A DNA stretch of 64,000 bases from a virus. The stretch is taken from the IMG/VR virus record IMGVR_UViG_3300025266_000004, positions 17,337 to 81,336 of that record. One strand, given 5' to 3'. Of the stretch, positions 46,547-58,200 are shown one piece after another (the first letter of the stretch is position 1; every line of letters begins with the position of its first letter). The notes under the pieces were generated by a model. It saw only the letters and a program-made list of their open reading frames with translations. It was not told where the DNA came from and did not search any database. The position numbers and the translations under genes are program-made.

Positions 46547-47419
46547 ATGAAAATATTATCAATATCAGGAGGAGAGACAAAACTTAGTGGTTTAGTAGGT
46601 ATAGCAAGATCAGTAGTAGTAGAAAAAGGTTATAAACCTGATATTATTACTGGTAATTCTGCTAGTGCTTTAGCGGTTGTACTAGTAGCTATGGGTTTAT
46701 GGGAGACATTGAAAGTTGCTAGTGTTGATTTAACATTAGATTCTATATTCAGTGTTAAACCTATTAATAAGAAAAGAAAGTTAACATTTAAAGCAATACT
46801 TAGAGTTGTTAGTAGTAAAGAGAGTATATCAGTAATGGATAACCTTGAAACGACTATTAAGAAATACATAAGTGAGGGTACTTTTAATAGGTACATAGCA
46901 GGTAATTACCCAGCTACTTATGTGAATACTACAGACTTTAAAACAGGAGCTAGAATTGTATATAATTTAAAAAATGTATCTTATCATAAGTTTATAAAGA
47001 TTGTTAAGGCTAGTTCTAGTGTTCCTATGTTAGGTGAAGCTGTACATCTTGACAATGGTTATCATTTAGATGGAGGTATTAGAACTACAATACTATCTGC
47101 ATGGGCTATAGATAAGTTTAAAGATGAGGTTAAAACTCATGTATCTATATACTCTAGACCTGATGATTTAACAAACATTCTTGATGAGTGGAAACCAAGT
47201 AACGTCGTAGCTACTGCTGGAAGAACTGCAAAAATAGCTCTATTGACTATCTCTAAAAAAGACGAATTAGTAGAGGACTTAATGTGTGATAAATACCAAG
47301 TTGAACAACATAAATTATATCTACCTAAACTTAGTAATCAAGCTTTTAATGTAGATAAAAAACATCTATTAGACTTATATGAAAGTGGTATTAAAGTTGG
47401 TAGAAGAATAAAATTATAA
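46547..47419 (+). CDS. patatin-like phospholipase
   Basis: LSISGGETK, ITGNSAS nucleophile elbow, ASSSVP and DGG motifs. Confidence 0.85.
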   Translation: MKILSISGGETKLSGLVGIARSVVVEKGYKPDIITGNSASALAVVLVAMGLWETLKVASVDLTLDSIFSVKPINKKRKLTFKAILRVVSSKESISVMDNLETTIKKYISEGTFNRYIAGNYPATYVNTTDFKTGARIVYNLKNVSYHKFIKIVKASSSVPMLGEAVHLDNGYHLDGGIRTTILSAWAIDKFKDEVKTHVSIYSRPDDLTNILDEWKPSNVVATAGRTAKIALLTISKKDELVEDLMCDKYQVEQHKLYLPKLSNQAFNVDKKHLLDLYESGIKVGRRIKL

Positions 47420-47420
47420 T

Positions 47421-48071
47421 ATGGCAACACTAAATGAAATAGCATACTCTTTAGCTGATACAATGGGACAACCATTGAATCATATGTTAATCGAGAGATT
47501 GAAGTTTACTATAAAGTATTATAGAGCTGAATTTATTAGACAAGATATTACTAAGAATGGTAATAGTACAGAGTATTTACAGACTGTTAGAATCGACTTG
47601 ATATTAGTAGATGAACTAGACGATTGTATGGTAAGTACGGGATGTAAGGTTTTGAGAAGTAAAGACAAAGTGCCCAAGCCTGTAAGAAAAAACTATATTG
47701 TGCCTTTTAAGTATGTTGGTTTTATGGGGTTCAAAGGTGCTTTCACACATAGACAAGGACAAGCTGAACAATTTGCAAAGTTTAATAAATTTACTTCCTG
47801 TACAGTTGGATATGACTATAAAAATGGTTATATTTATGTAACCAATACAACTAAATTAAAGCACGCTCTTATACAAGATGCTTTTGTTGACCCTGAGGAT
47901 GTTAATAGTTTTTGTAGTTCAGAAGATGGAAGTAATTGTTATAATGACGATATGGCTTTTCCTATTCCTGAAGATATGCTAAGAACTATTACTGATAGTA
48001 TTAGAAGAGGTGAACTTAGAGTTGTTGGTCGAGATGATAAAGAGATAGAAATTAAAGAAGATAAACCTTAA
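47421..48071 (+). CDS. tail ring protein
   Basis: MATLNEIAY..., F.DP.D and D..FPIP motifs of crAss ring proteins. Confidence 0.7.
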   Translation: MATLNEIAYSLADTMGQPLNHMLIERLKFTIKYYRAEFIRQDITKNGNSTEYLQTVRIDLILVDELDDCMVSTGCKVLRSKDKVPKPVRKNYIVPFKYVGFMGFKGAFTHRQGQAEQFAKFNKFTSCTVGYDYKNGYIYVTNTTKLKHALIQDAFVDPEDVNSFCSSEDGSNCYNDDMAFPIPEDMLRTITDSIRRGELRVVGRDDKEIEIKEDKP

Positions 48072-48073
48072 AT

Positions 48074-48874
48074 ATGACTACTGTTACTACTAAAGATTAC
48101 TGTAATGCTTATAACGATAAGACAAAAATAAGAATTATAGAACTTAAAAGCAAAGTAAAGACCTTTACTAAAATAAAGAAATTAGTAGTAACAACAATAG
48201 AGTATAACAACAAGAGTTTAAAACAGTATTTCGGAGTTGAGGTAAAAGATGTAATTGATGCTGTAGTATGTAATTTATCCTCCTTAGAATCGAAAATTCC
48301 GTTCTATATCTTACCCTTAGATGGTTTATCGAAGCCTGAGCTACTTGTGGAAGTCGAAAAATTAGCAGGACTCAATAAAAAACTAGATAATTTGAATAAC
48401 CAAATAACTAAGGAAGAAACAAATCTTATTAGTTATAAATTGTATAAGTTTATAATCAGTACGTTTAATAAGGAGTTAGTTAATGAAATTATTAAGGGTT
48501 ACGAGTTTAATGCAGGTTATGGTATATCTACTATAAGAATACAAAAGAAGAAAAGAGATTTAACTAGAGATGTTATTAATTGGGGTGCATCTTTAAAAAG
48601 GAAAAGAGAGATTATAGCAGAAGGTAAAGTCCCTTATGCAGTAATAGAAAGAGACGCACAAAGATTAATAACTAAAGATAATGGTGGTGTTCCATATTTT
48701 ATTTATATGGTAGATGATTATTCTTACTGGTGGTATTGGAATAAGAAGAACTCTAATTTACCTAATGAATTAGTATATTCTTTTTCACCTGTTAAAGGTA
48801 AAGGTTGTATTATTAAAAAACTACATAAGTATAGAGAAGATAACCCCCAAGTAACCTTAAATTATAGAATGTAA
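48074..48874 (+). CDS. IHF-like protein of the crAss tail cluster
   Basis: IISTFNKELVNEIIKGYEF..G.G...I.K..R...INW motif. Confidence 0.6.
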   Translation: MTTVTTKDYCNAYNDKTKIRIIELKSKVKTFTKIKKLVVTTIEYNNKSLKQYFGVEVKDVIDAVVCNLSSLESKIPFYILPLDGLSKPELLVEVEKLAGLNKKLDNLNNQITKEETNLISYKLYKFIISTFNKELVNEIIKGYEFNAGYGISTIRIQKKKRDLTRDVINWGASLKRKREIIAEGKVPYAVIERDAQRLITKDNGGVPYFIYMVDDYSYWWYWNKKNSNLPNELVYSFSPVKGKGCIIKKLHKYREDNPQVTLNYRM

Positions 48875-49599
48875 TGGCTGTATATAAATTAGTAAGTAGT
48901 GGTAATATAATAAGTAAGTTTTATAGAGATTTTCGACCTTCCAGTGACGAGTGGGTTGGTAATGCTGTTGAATGGATTGGAGAAGCTTTAGAAATAATAG
49001 GCTTCTTTGCTGGTTATGAGTCTTATACTTGGTGTCTTGATGTCAAGGAACACAGAGTTAAAATACCATGTGCTTTAGAGACTATATCAGGAATTGAATA
49101 TGATAACACTAGATTACCTAAAAAAGGTGGTATAAACTTATATAAAAAATGTAATGTAGACTTGCCTAATCATGTGTCTGAGTCGTATAGATTAAATCCT
49201 AATTATATATTCACTTCTTTCGAGAAAGGAAAGATTACAGTATATGGTGAACGAGTACCTGTAGATGATAAGGGTTTTCCTATGATACCTGATAAGATAC
49301 AATTTAAAGAAGCAATAACTTACTATGTATTAAGACAGATGATGCTTAGTGGATTTAAGCACCAAGTTTTAACACTTAAAGATGTTATAGCACTATGGGA
49401 AACACACCAAGTTAGAGCATTTAATGTTGGTATGTATCCAAGTATTGAAGACTATGAGAAATTTAAGGATAGTTGGTGTAATGTAATAATAGATGTTAAT
49501 AAAGCTAAAAAGTTCTTTGATGTAGATTTAGAAGAGACTATAAGTATAGCTCAACCTCCTGGTTCTTTAGTACTTAGTGATTTTAGTATTCAAAGATAG
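48874..49599 (+). CDS. tail tubular/ring protein
   Basis: VEWIGEALEIIG, I.TSFE.G and PVDDKGFPMIPD motifs; precedes the muzzle gene. Confidence 0.75.
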   Translation: MAVYKLVSSGNIISKFYRDFRPSSDEWVGNAVEWIGEALEIIGFFAGYESYTWCLDVKEHRVKIPCALETISGIEYDNTRLPKKGGINLYKKCNVDLPNHVSESYRLNPNYIFTSFEKGKITVYGERVPVDDKGFPMIPDKIQFKEAITYYVLRQMMLSGFKHQVLTLKDVIALWETHQVRAFNVGMYPSIEDYEKFKDSWCNVIIDVNKAKKFFDVDLEETISIAQPPGSLVLSDFSIQR

Positions 49600-49601
49600 A
49601 T

Positions 49602-52600
49602 ATGAATATACAAAAAGGATTTAGAACAGATGAGAGACCGTATAATCAAATAGATGGCAGTTGGAGATACGCAAAGAATGTTATTATTAATGGTAACTCA
49701 ATTAACAATGAAGAAGGTTTTGACTTAATTGAAGCTCTAACTAAACCTGTTATAGGTTCTGTACAAGATGGTGTGACTACAATTATCTTCTCTACTGATA
49801 ATACATTTAGTGAAATAGGTATATTAGATATTAATAACGTATATACTACAATTGTTAATAGTGCTTATATTGGATTCAATTTAGAGAACCCTATTGAAGG
49901 TCGTTCTAAAAGGAATTTCAAAGATGAGACAATTGTTACTTGGATAAGTGGTTTAAATACTAGTGCAAAACCACCTTCAATACTTAATTTACAGAACCTT
50001 CCTTTTGCTTTAAATAGTAATATGGAATTAGTTAATCCTAGTGAGGTTGTAAAAATATACCTTAAGCCTGAGATTAAAGTACCCGAAATTGATTCTATTA
50101 TAGAATACACTGGTAATATTCCTACAGGTTCTATACAATTTGCTATAGCATATTTAATTAATGATATTGATGTAACTGAATTTGTTTATATTAGTGACTC
50201 ATTTCATAATAAAGAAGACAAAGGTAGAGGAGTTAAAATACAATTAAAGAACTTAGATAATAGATATGATAAGTACAGAATAGTTGTCATAAATAGGAAA
50301 AATACTACTACAGAAATATTTCATATAGGAGATATTGATACTAATATAAATAGTTTTGTTTATGTTGGTCAAAATTTCGTACACAGTTATACCTTAAATG
50401 ATATTATTATACCTACTGCTTCTTTTGATAGAGTACAAGCTATAACTACTGTTAAAGATCAGTTGATATATGGTAATTTTAAGACTACTGAAATTGATTA
50501 TCAATGTTATGCAAATAATATTAACGTAAAATGGGATGTTATTAGTTCTACTAGTTACTTAATAGATAGATGTATTGACTTATCTGAAAGTGGTTTTACT
50601 GACTTTAATGAGAATAGTGTTACATATGATTTCTTTGGTAGGACATTTAAACCTAATGAAGTCTATGCTTTGTATATTGCTTTAGTAAATAAAGATGGTA
50701 GTGAATCTAAAGGTTATCATATACCTGGAAGAGATATTTTACCGTATACTGTAAATATAATTAAAGCTCATAGTTTTCCAAGTACTTTTTTATCAACTTA
50801 CGAAGCTGTTACAAATGACAATGGTGTAGTTACTATTTCAGTTACTAGTTCTTCTGCTGATCCAGTATCTACTACGCTACTATCAAATACTAGAGAATAC
50901 ATTATTAATTTGAATGGTAATCATTACGAAATGGAATGTGCTAGATTTGAATTAACTGGTGGTTCTAGTCCTATAAGGAATACTTATATCACACTTAAAG
51001 GAACATACGTTGTATTCCCTGAACCTAATAACGGTTTAATAGATATATTATATGATGCTTCACTTAAAGAGAATAGAATTATAACACACGGAGCAATTGA
51101 TTCTAGATTTTTATCTAATTATCATTTAGCAGATACATCGAATGGTACTACTGGTATCTTAGGCTACTGGGAAAATAAGAATGAAGTTTATCCTAATACA
51201 GATGATTTTAATATATGTGATTTAACTGGTGTAATTGGGAATATAAAAGGTAAGAATGTTAGACATCATAGAATGCCTACATATGCAACCATTAAAACCA
51301 AAGCTGATACAGATTCAATAGGTGATTTTTTATTCACTTTACGTCTAGAGAATGTTATTATACCTGATGAGATAAAAGATAAGGTACAAGGTTATAGATT
51401 ATATTTTGCTCAGAAGGATAACAATAATCAAACTGTTGTCTCAGAAGGAAACGGAATAAGACAGACAGATAATATTATTGATGGTGGTACTACTATACCA
51501 AATTCTACTGACAGATTTAGATACTATTCTAAAGAGACTTTGGATTACAAACCAAGTCTGAATAACAATAATATGTACATTAGATATAGCAAAGAGCGCA
51601 ATAATACTACTTTTAATGGTACTGTATTAAATGCAATAAGTAGTATTAGTTATGTACCACAAGGTAATAGTACAGCTAATCCCAATAGAGAGGAACATAT
51701 TGCTATTAGAACTATTACTAACATACCGTCTAATTCTATTTTTAGTATTGAACAAGTACTATCTGATGTACATTTAAAATATGAAAATCAAACTACTGTT
51801 GACACAGGGTTGATGTTTTTAACTAATGACACAGACAATGTATACAATAGTGGTGACATATTAGGTGGAGATACATACGAAAGAACTGAGACAGTAGCAG
51901 TGCATAGTTATAATGAGCCAGATGTTATTACAAATAGAGTAAAAAAGATATATACATTTTTATCACATAGTTCTTATTCGACTGATTTACCACATTTTGT
52001 GAATGAGGATAGAGTTGTTAATATAATGTTTATTACACTTAATAACATCAAACCTTTATCAATTAACGACGGATTAACTAGAACAACAAATACATTTGCA
52101 TACAGAATAGCTAGGAGTTTAAAAGACTTTGATGAAACTTTAACAATAGGTTGGAGAAAGTTTCTAATAAATAGTTATTATGATATGCCTAGAACTAAAG
52201 GTGAAGTATGGAAACTAGAGAATGTAAATAGAGTTTTATATATTCAGCACAAGTATACTGTATATGTCGCTTCTATAAAAGATGTATTACAAACTAGTAA
52301 TATTACTGCTTTTCTAGGAGATGGTGATTTATTTGATAGACAACCTGACGAAATAATAACTACTGAAAATGGGTATATCGGTTGTCAATCTAAGTTTGCT
52401 GCTTTTACTACTAAAGTTGGATATTGTGTTGTAGATCAGAATCAAGGTAAGATATTCCTTATATCAGGTACTACGCCAAAAGAGATTAGTAGTAATGGTT
52501 TAAGAAACTTCTTTAGAGATAACTTAGGTTTAGCAACTGAGATAGATAATCCTTTTAATGGTATTGGAATCTTAGGTGTATATGATGAGAAATGGAATAG

Positions 52601-53282
52601 GATTTTAATTACTAAGAATATCAAGAGAACTACTGAGACTGAAACTGACTATTCATTTACGTTTAGTTATAGTCCTGTCAATGACAGTTGGATTGCTCTA
52701 CATGATTACATACCTGATGCTATATTTAATACTAGAAATAAAGTATTCTCAGTTAATAACACATCTACAGGTAATGTATATTTACATAACATAGAGAGTA
52801 AGAGAGGAAGATTCTACGATCAAAGTGTAGACAGTGAAAGTATAATTGATATTGTTTTTAATAGTAATAGAATTGAATCTAAACTTATTACTTCTATTAA
52901 TTGGGTAAGTGATAGTATAGAAAGTAATAATAATACTGAACTAAAAGATACAATAACACATATAATGATATATAATAATTATCAATGTAGTGGTATTATT
53001 CCTTTACAGTTAGTACCTACTTGGTTTAATGAGATTAAAGATATAAAGGAAGAAGAGTGGTCATTTAATAAATTTAGTGACGTTGTTGTTAATAGAAATT
53101 TACCTTTTATAGATAGTAAGTTTGATGTTATTAGTAGTAACGTATCAAATAATAAAAGTTGGTTTAGAAAAAATAAATTCATTGGAAAGTTTGTTATTGT
53201 CAGATTTATTTACGATAATAGTAGTCAGAATGATTTTTTCTTGAACGATGTTAAAGTCAATGGTAGAATTTCAGATAGATAA
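49602..53282 (+). CDS. tail stabilization / muzzle protein
   Basis: 1226 aa, beta-propeller-like; FKPNEVYA, NVRHHRMP, GCQSK and W...HDY.P motifs. Confidence 0.8.
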   Translation: MNIQKGFRTDERPYNQIDGSWRYAKNVIINGNSINNEEGFDLIEALTKPVIGSVQDGVTTIIFSTDNTFSEIGILDINNVYTTIVNSAYIGFNLENPIEGRSKRNFKDETIVTWISGLNTSAKPPSILNLQNLPFALNSNMELVNPSEVVKIYLKPEIKVPEIDSIIEYTGNIPTGSIQFAIAYLINDIDVTEFVYISDSFHNKEDKGRGVKIQLKNLDNRYDKYRIVVINRKNTTTEIFHIGDIDTNINSFVYVGQNFVHSYTLNDIIIPTASFDRVQAITTVKDQLIYGNFKTTEIDYQCYANNINVKWDVISSTSYLIDRCIDLSESGFTDFNENSVTYDFFGRTFKPNEVYALYIALVNKDGSESKGYHIPGRDILPYTVNIIKAHSFPSTFLSTYEAVTNDNGVVTISVTSSSADPVSTTLLSNTREYIINLNGNHYEMECARFELTGGSSPIRNTYITLKGTYVVFPEPNNGLIDILYDASLKENRIITHGAIDSRFLSNYHLADTSNGTTGILGYWENKNEVYPNTDDFNICDLTGVIGNIKGKNVRHHRMPTYATIKTKADTDSIGDFLFTLRLENVIIPDEIKDKVQGYRLYFAQKDNNNQTVVSEGNGIRQTDNIIDGGTTIPNSTDRFRYYSKETLDYKPSLNNNNMYIRYSKERNNTTFNGTVLNAISSISYVPQGNSTANPNREEHIAIRTITNIPSNSIFSIEQVLSDVHLKYENQTTVDTGLMFLTNDTDNVYNSGDILGGDTYERTETVAVHSYNEPDVITNRVKKIYTFLSHSSYSTDLPHFVNEDRVVNIMFITLNNIKPLSINDGLTRTTNTFAYRIARSLKDFDETLTIGWRKFLINSYYDMPRTKGEVWKLENVNRVLYIQHKYTVYVASIKDVLQTSNITAFLGDGDLFDRQPDEIITTENGYIGCQSKFAAFTTKVGYCVVDQNQGKIFLISGTTPKEISSNGLRNFFRDNLGLATEIDNPFNGIGILGVYDEKWNRILITKNIKRTTETETDYSFTFSYSPVNDSWIALHDYIPDAIFNTRNKVFSVNNTSTGNVYLHNIESKRGRFYDQSVDSESIIDIVFNSNRIESKLITSINWVSDSIESNNNTELKDTITHIMIYNNYQCSGIIPLQLVPTWFNEIKDIKEEEWSFNKFSDVVVNRNLPFIDSKFDVISSNVSNNKSWFRKNKFIGKFVIVRFIYDNSSQNDFFLNDVKVNGRISDR

Positions 53283-53288
53283 GATATT

Positions 53289-55283
53289 ATGAAAATGAGA
53301 AGAAAAATAGTTAAAAAGAAAGGTAAAAAGAAGCCTAATTATCTACAAACTGGAGGTAATGTTTATGATAATGACAAATCTGCATTTGCTAACTACATAG
53401 AACAAGGTAACGAAGACTATGAAACAGCTTATGCTGATATAGACAAAGGCATAGCAGGTATACAAGATAGACCTGATGTGACTACAGGAGAACAAGCATT
53501 AGGTTTTGGTGCTGCTGGTTTGCAAGGTTTCGCAACAGGTTCACAATTCGGTCCACTAGGAGGTATTATTGGTGCTGGTGTAGGTATTGGAACAAGAGCT
53601 TTAAATAATAACAAAAGAGCTGTCGCTGAAAGTGGTGCAGAAGCTAGTGCAATAGAAGAAGCTAGATTCAGGAAAAAAGAACTTAAAGGAAAACAAGAAC
53701 AGTTCCAAAAAGATGCTTATGCTAATGTCTTAGAAGGAGCTAATACAGAAGGTTCTAACAATGTAAGTTACTTTGCAGGAGGTGGTAATTTACCTAAGCG
53801 TGGTATGTACGCTGAGACTGGTGGAAATCTTAATGAAATCGCTGAGGGTGTAGACAAGGTAGAAGGGAATTCCCATGCACAGGGCGGAGTTGATTTAGCC
53901 GTTAATAATGAAATTGTAGCAGAGGTGGAGGACAAAGAAATCATAATGGATGATGATATGGTATTTAGTGATAAGTTAGGTTATGCTAAAGAAGCTGAGA
54001 AGTTAGCTAAGAAGAAAGCTAAGTTTGAAGGTGATTTAAAGAGTAACAATACACAAACTAAGAATACTGCTATTAGAATGACTGCTCAAATAGACATGAA
54101 AATGGAGAGACTGTTTGAACACCAAGAAGCTACAAAGCCAAATGAAACAAAGACTCTAGCTAATGGTGGTAATTTACCTCCAAGTGAAGGTGTCGCACCA
54201 TCTCAGTTTCCATTATTACAGGCTAGTACGCTATTTAATGAAATCAACACTTCTCCACGTGCTAGACTAGAATATGAACTAGCTAATCCTGAGGAAGAGG
54301 AATACGGTTCTTTTGAGATACCTGAAATAGAAGATCAAAGTTATAAGTTAGAGAAACTTGAGTTACCTAAGATGGACACATATGAACCACCTAGGACTTA
54401 TACTGCTCCGAGACAACGATTTGCTACAGGTGGAAATTTAAATAAGATTAATAAAGGATTACAATTTGCTTTACCTTTAGCAGAGAATTTATATAATGCT
54501 AGTTTAATTAATAAAACACCTAGTTTACCAAAGAGGGAAGAATTACGTCCTAATTTACTTCAACCAGCTGAGCTAGAAACAGATGTAAATATTAACCCAC
54601 AGTTAGCTCAAATACAACAAAGTACTAGAGAATTTAACACAGGTGTTGATAGAAGTACAAATAACGCTAATGTCGGAAGAGCGAATAAATTAGCAGCACA
54701 TATTAAAGGACTTGAACAAGCTAATACTGTAAGAGGACAAAAAGAGAACATTGAAACTGACTTAAGAAATAAAGATAAACTTAATAGACAGTCTGTACAA
54801 GCACAGAATTTAGCTAATATTAACGCATATGATAGACAAGGTGCAGAAGGTAGATATTCAGATGCTTTATTAGAAACTCAACAAGCTAATGAAATCACAA
54901 GTTTGAAATCTCAGAATGTAGCTAAGTTGACGGAAGATGTTTTAGGTGGAATTAGACAAGGTAATCAAGAGAAACTAGATAAGAGAAAAATAGATTTAGA
55001 TTTATTGCAATACGGTACTGGTGTTCAAGGTAAATTACTACAGGATCCAACATTTGTTAATGAACTTAAAGGAGATAAGAGTAGACAAGATGCTTTTAAA
55101 GAACTAATAAAAGATAGACCTGACTTTCAAGAACAATGGAATGAATTGTTTCCAAATAATAAAGCTTTTAGTGAGAAGTTAAAACAGAAAAGTAGACAAG
55201 GTGTAAGAGGTATTCAGAGGAGACCTACACAATCAGTACGTACACAAACAAGTGGAGAATTAGCTTTACCAAATAATATATAA
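53289..55283 (+). CDS. internal cargo/ejection protein with a glycine-zipper TM
   Basis: GPLGGIIGAGVG zipper, GNSHAQGGV and EVEDKE motifs, repeated xxGGNL. Confidence 0.65.
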   Translation: MKMRRKIVKKKGKKKPNYLQTGGNVYDNDKSAFANYIEQGNEDYETAYADIDKGIAGIQDRPDVTTGEQALGFGAAGLQGFATGSQFGPLGGIIGAGVGIGTRALNNNKRAVAESGAEASAIEEARFRKKELKGKQEQFQKDAYANVLEGANTEGSNNVSYFAGGGNLPKRGMYAETGGNLNEIAEGVDKVEGNSHAQGGVDLAVNNEIVAEVEDKEIIMDDDMVFSDKLGYAKEAEKLAKKKAKFEGDLKSNNTQTKNTAIRMTAQIDMKMERLFEHQEATKPNETKTLANGGNLPPSEGVAPSQFPLLQASTLFNEINTSPRARLEYELANPEEEEYGSFEIPEIEDQSYKLEKLELPKMDTYEPPRTYTAPRQRFATGGNLNKINKGLQFALPLAENLYNASLINKTPSLPKREELRPNLLQPAELETDVNINPQLAQIQQSTREFNTGVDRSTNNANVGRANKLAAHIKGLEQANTVRGQKENIETDLRNKDKLNRQSVQAQNLANINAYDRQGAEGRYSDALLETQQANEITSLKSQNVAKLTEDVLGGIRQGNQEKLDKRKIDLDLLQYGTGVQGKLLQDPTFVNELKGDKSRQDAFKELIKDRPDFQEQWNELFPNNKAFSEKLKQKSRQGVRGIQRRPTQSVRTQTSGELALPNNI

Positions 55284-55287
55284 TAAT

Positions 55288-58200
55288 ATGCCAGAATTAA
55301 CACCGCAATTAAGTTATGCTAGAACTGTTGATACATATGTCGGACAACCAGTTAATGAGATAAAAGCATTGACTAGTGAATTAGATGATAGACATAAAAG
55401 TAACAGAGGTGATGCAGATAAATTAGAAATATTAGCGTATAATACTAAAGTATTAGATAATGATAATGATAATGAAATTAAGTCAGAAGCATTTAGCAAT
55501 ATAAAACAAGGTTTAAATGATTTCGATTATGGGAATAATTGGGAAGATGCAGACGAGAAGGTAAGAAGTCTTACAAAAGGTTTTGCAATGAATAGTGCCT
55601 TAAATAAGGCTAAACAAAATAAACTAGCTAGAGATTCAGGTGTTGCTGAGTTACAAGAAGCTACAGCTGAAGGTAAGATTCCAAAAGAATGGATGAACTA
55701 TGAGATAATGAGAGCTGATGAAGGTTATCAAGGTGTATCTATGAACGAAGAAACTGGAGAGTTTGAAGGTACGTATGGACTTAATAGACCTAGTGATTAC
55801 ATTGACATAGGTAAAGAGATGTGGGATTTAGCTAAGGATGTTAAGGCTGGAAAAGAACCTTTATGGTTAGATAAAACAGATGGAACTAGAGATTATATTA
55901 TTCATACAGAAAAAGGTTATTTATATGAAGGTACTTTAAAGAGTGTTGAACCTGATAAGATACAAGGTGCTTTGAGAGGTATGATAATGAATAATGAGAA
56001 CTACAAAGGACAAATTAAGTATGAGAATGATTTGTTGAAATGGAAGATGACAAGAACAGGTGTAAAAGAACAACCTAATAGACCTCTAAATTCAGACGAT
56101 TTTAGGTCTCTACAAGCATCTAATGTAATAAATAATAAAGACTTACAAATAGCATTAAGTTCTTTTGGTGAAGATGTTAGAGTTGAAGACCTCGAAGCTG
56201 AAGGATATTTAGATAGTTTCTTTGATGCTGTAATGTATGGTAAAAAAGTAGATAGTTTTATTGATCCTGCTGCTATTGGACAATCATTCTCTGAAATGGA
56301 TGTAAGTAGTAAGAAAGATTTCATTTCAGCTGAGGCTATTAAGTATAATAGAACTAGGAAAGACGAACTAGCTGAAGAGAATAAGGACAAAGCTGCTTAT
56401 ATACTATCTTCTCATGGTATTAAAATACATAACCCTACACAACTTAATTCAGAAGTTCAAAATAATGGTGAACTAGGTATTACAAATGAGACTAAAGATT
56501 TAAACTCTAGTCTTAAGACATTAGAAAGTTCTATTACTAATAATTATAAGATAATTGATAATAAGAATGCTAGTGTTGAAGACGTTGAGACAGCTAAGAA
56601 AAGTAATGAGGATTTATTAAGTCAGTTTTACACTAATAAAAATAGACGTGACTATCTTAATGAAGTATCTAATGAACAGTATTGGAAACACTTATACGAA
56701 ACTAATAAAATATCCAAAGACGAATATAATGCTAAAGTTGATGGTATAGATAGTAAATCAATACAGATAGAAAAGGATAAAACTAATATTGATAAGAAAC
56801 TAAATACAATATTTGATGAATTTTCATTAGAAGGTAAAGCTTTCCATATTGGTGGTGCTCTTCCATACGTTAGAGATCTTGATACAGAGGAGATAGTTAA
56901 TTACTTAAAGACTGGTGATGGTGATAGTGAAGGAAGAAGACAATACTTTGTATTAAAAGACTTAATAAGTCAAGGTAAAATACCTAAAGATATATTAAAC
57001 GAATTAGAAGGTGTTAGTTCTTCTGTTAAAGCTAAGGATAAAACTAATGAGATTTTTGAAAATAAAGATTTATTTAAGAAGTATTTAGATACTAAGATTG
57101 ATGAAGCTTATGAACCTGCTGTATTCGATTTTAGTACTAATGTTAAAAACCCTGAAAAGTTATCTTTCTTAAGTCAGACTTTATCTAATCACGTTAAACG
57201 TAATAAAAATGGTTATATAGTATACGATCAAGATGGACAACAAACTAACTTAGATAGTGATGAATCGCCATTGTATAATCAAAATGATATTACTATTACA
57301 GGTTCTACAGACTTTGTACCAAATCAAGGTATAATGTTGAAGGGTTATGTTGACGTAACAAAAGAGAATAGTAGTACTGGCAAACTAGAGAAAACAGGAG
57401 AGAGAAGAGAGATACTTTTAAAACCTAGAGAGAGTAATCAAGAAGCTAGAATGGTTATTCAAAATTCTCTTAGAAAGGATTACAACAAATGGGATTTAGC
57501 AAAAGGTGAAAATGCTACTTATGGTAATGGTGTTGAGTATGCTGATGCTATTGTCCAAACTGATATCGAATCACAAGGAGATATATTTAGAAGAACAAAG
57601 ATATATGAAGGTGAAGAACAAAAGCAACAGTATAATTTAGGTGCAGATTTATCAGCTAATGTAATTAAAAAGAAAGTTAATGGTAAAGATTACTATACAG
57701 TTAATGTTGAAGAGTTTAATATTAATAGTGATTTACAAGGTAGCCTAAATGAAACACAAACTAGAGACAATGATTCTTTACAGTTTGGTAGAAAAGGTGC
57801 TATAACAACACAACACACAGGTGATGCTAGAAGTAATGCTGTATTCTATGATTTACCAAGTATGGAAGCTGCTCTAGAAGAGATTACTAAAACACATAAT
57901 GGTCTTACTACAACAAAGATTGATAAATCTATTCCTCGTTCACTGAGAAATAACAATCCTTTAGCTATGACAACAGCAGTTGCTAAATCTCTTGGATTTG
58001 TAGAGGGTGTAGATTACGTTGATAATAATGATACATTTGGTAGTTCTGATGGGAATAAGACTTATACGACAGCTACTTTTACAGGTAGTGGTAGTCCTGT
58101 TGACAAGTTGGTTTCACAATTTGATAAGGTAGCCCTAGCCGATAATAGTAATATATTTACAACTGGTGGTGGTAAACCTCGATGGTCTTATCTAAAGGAG

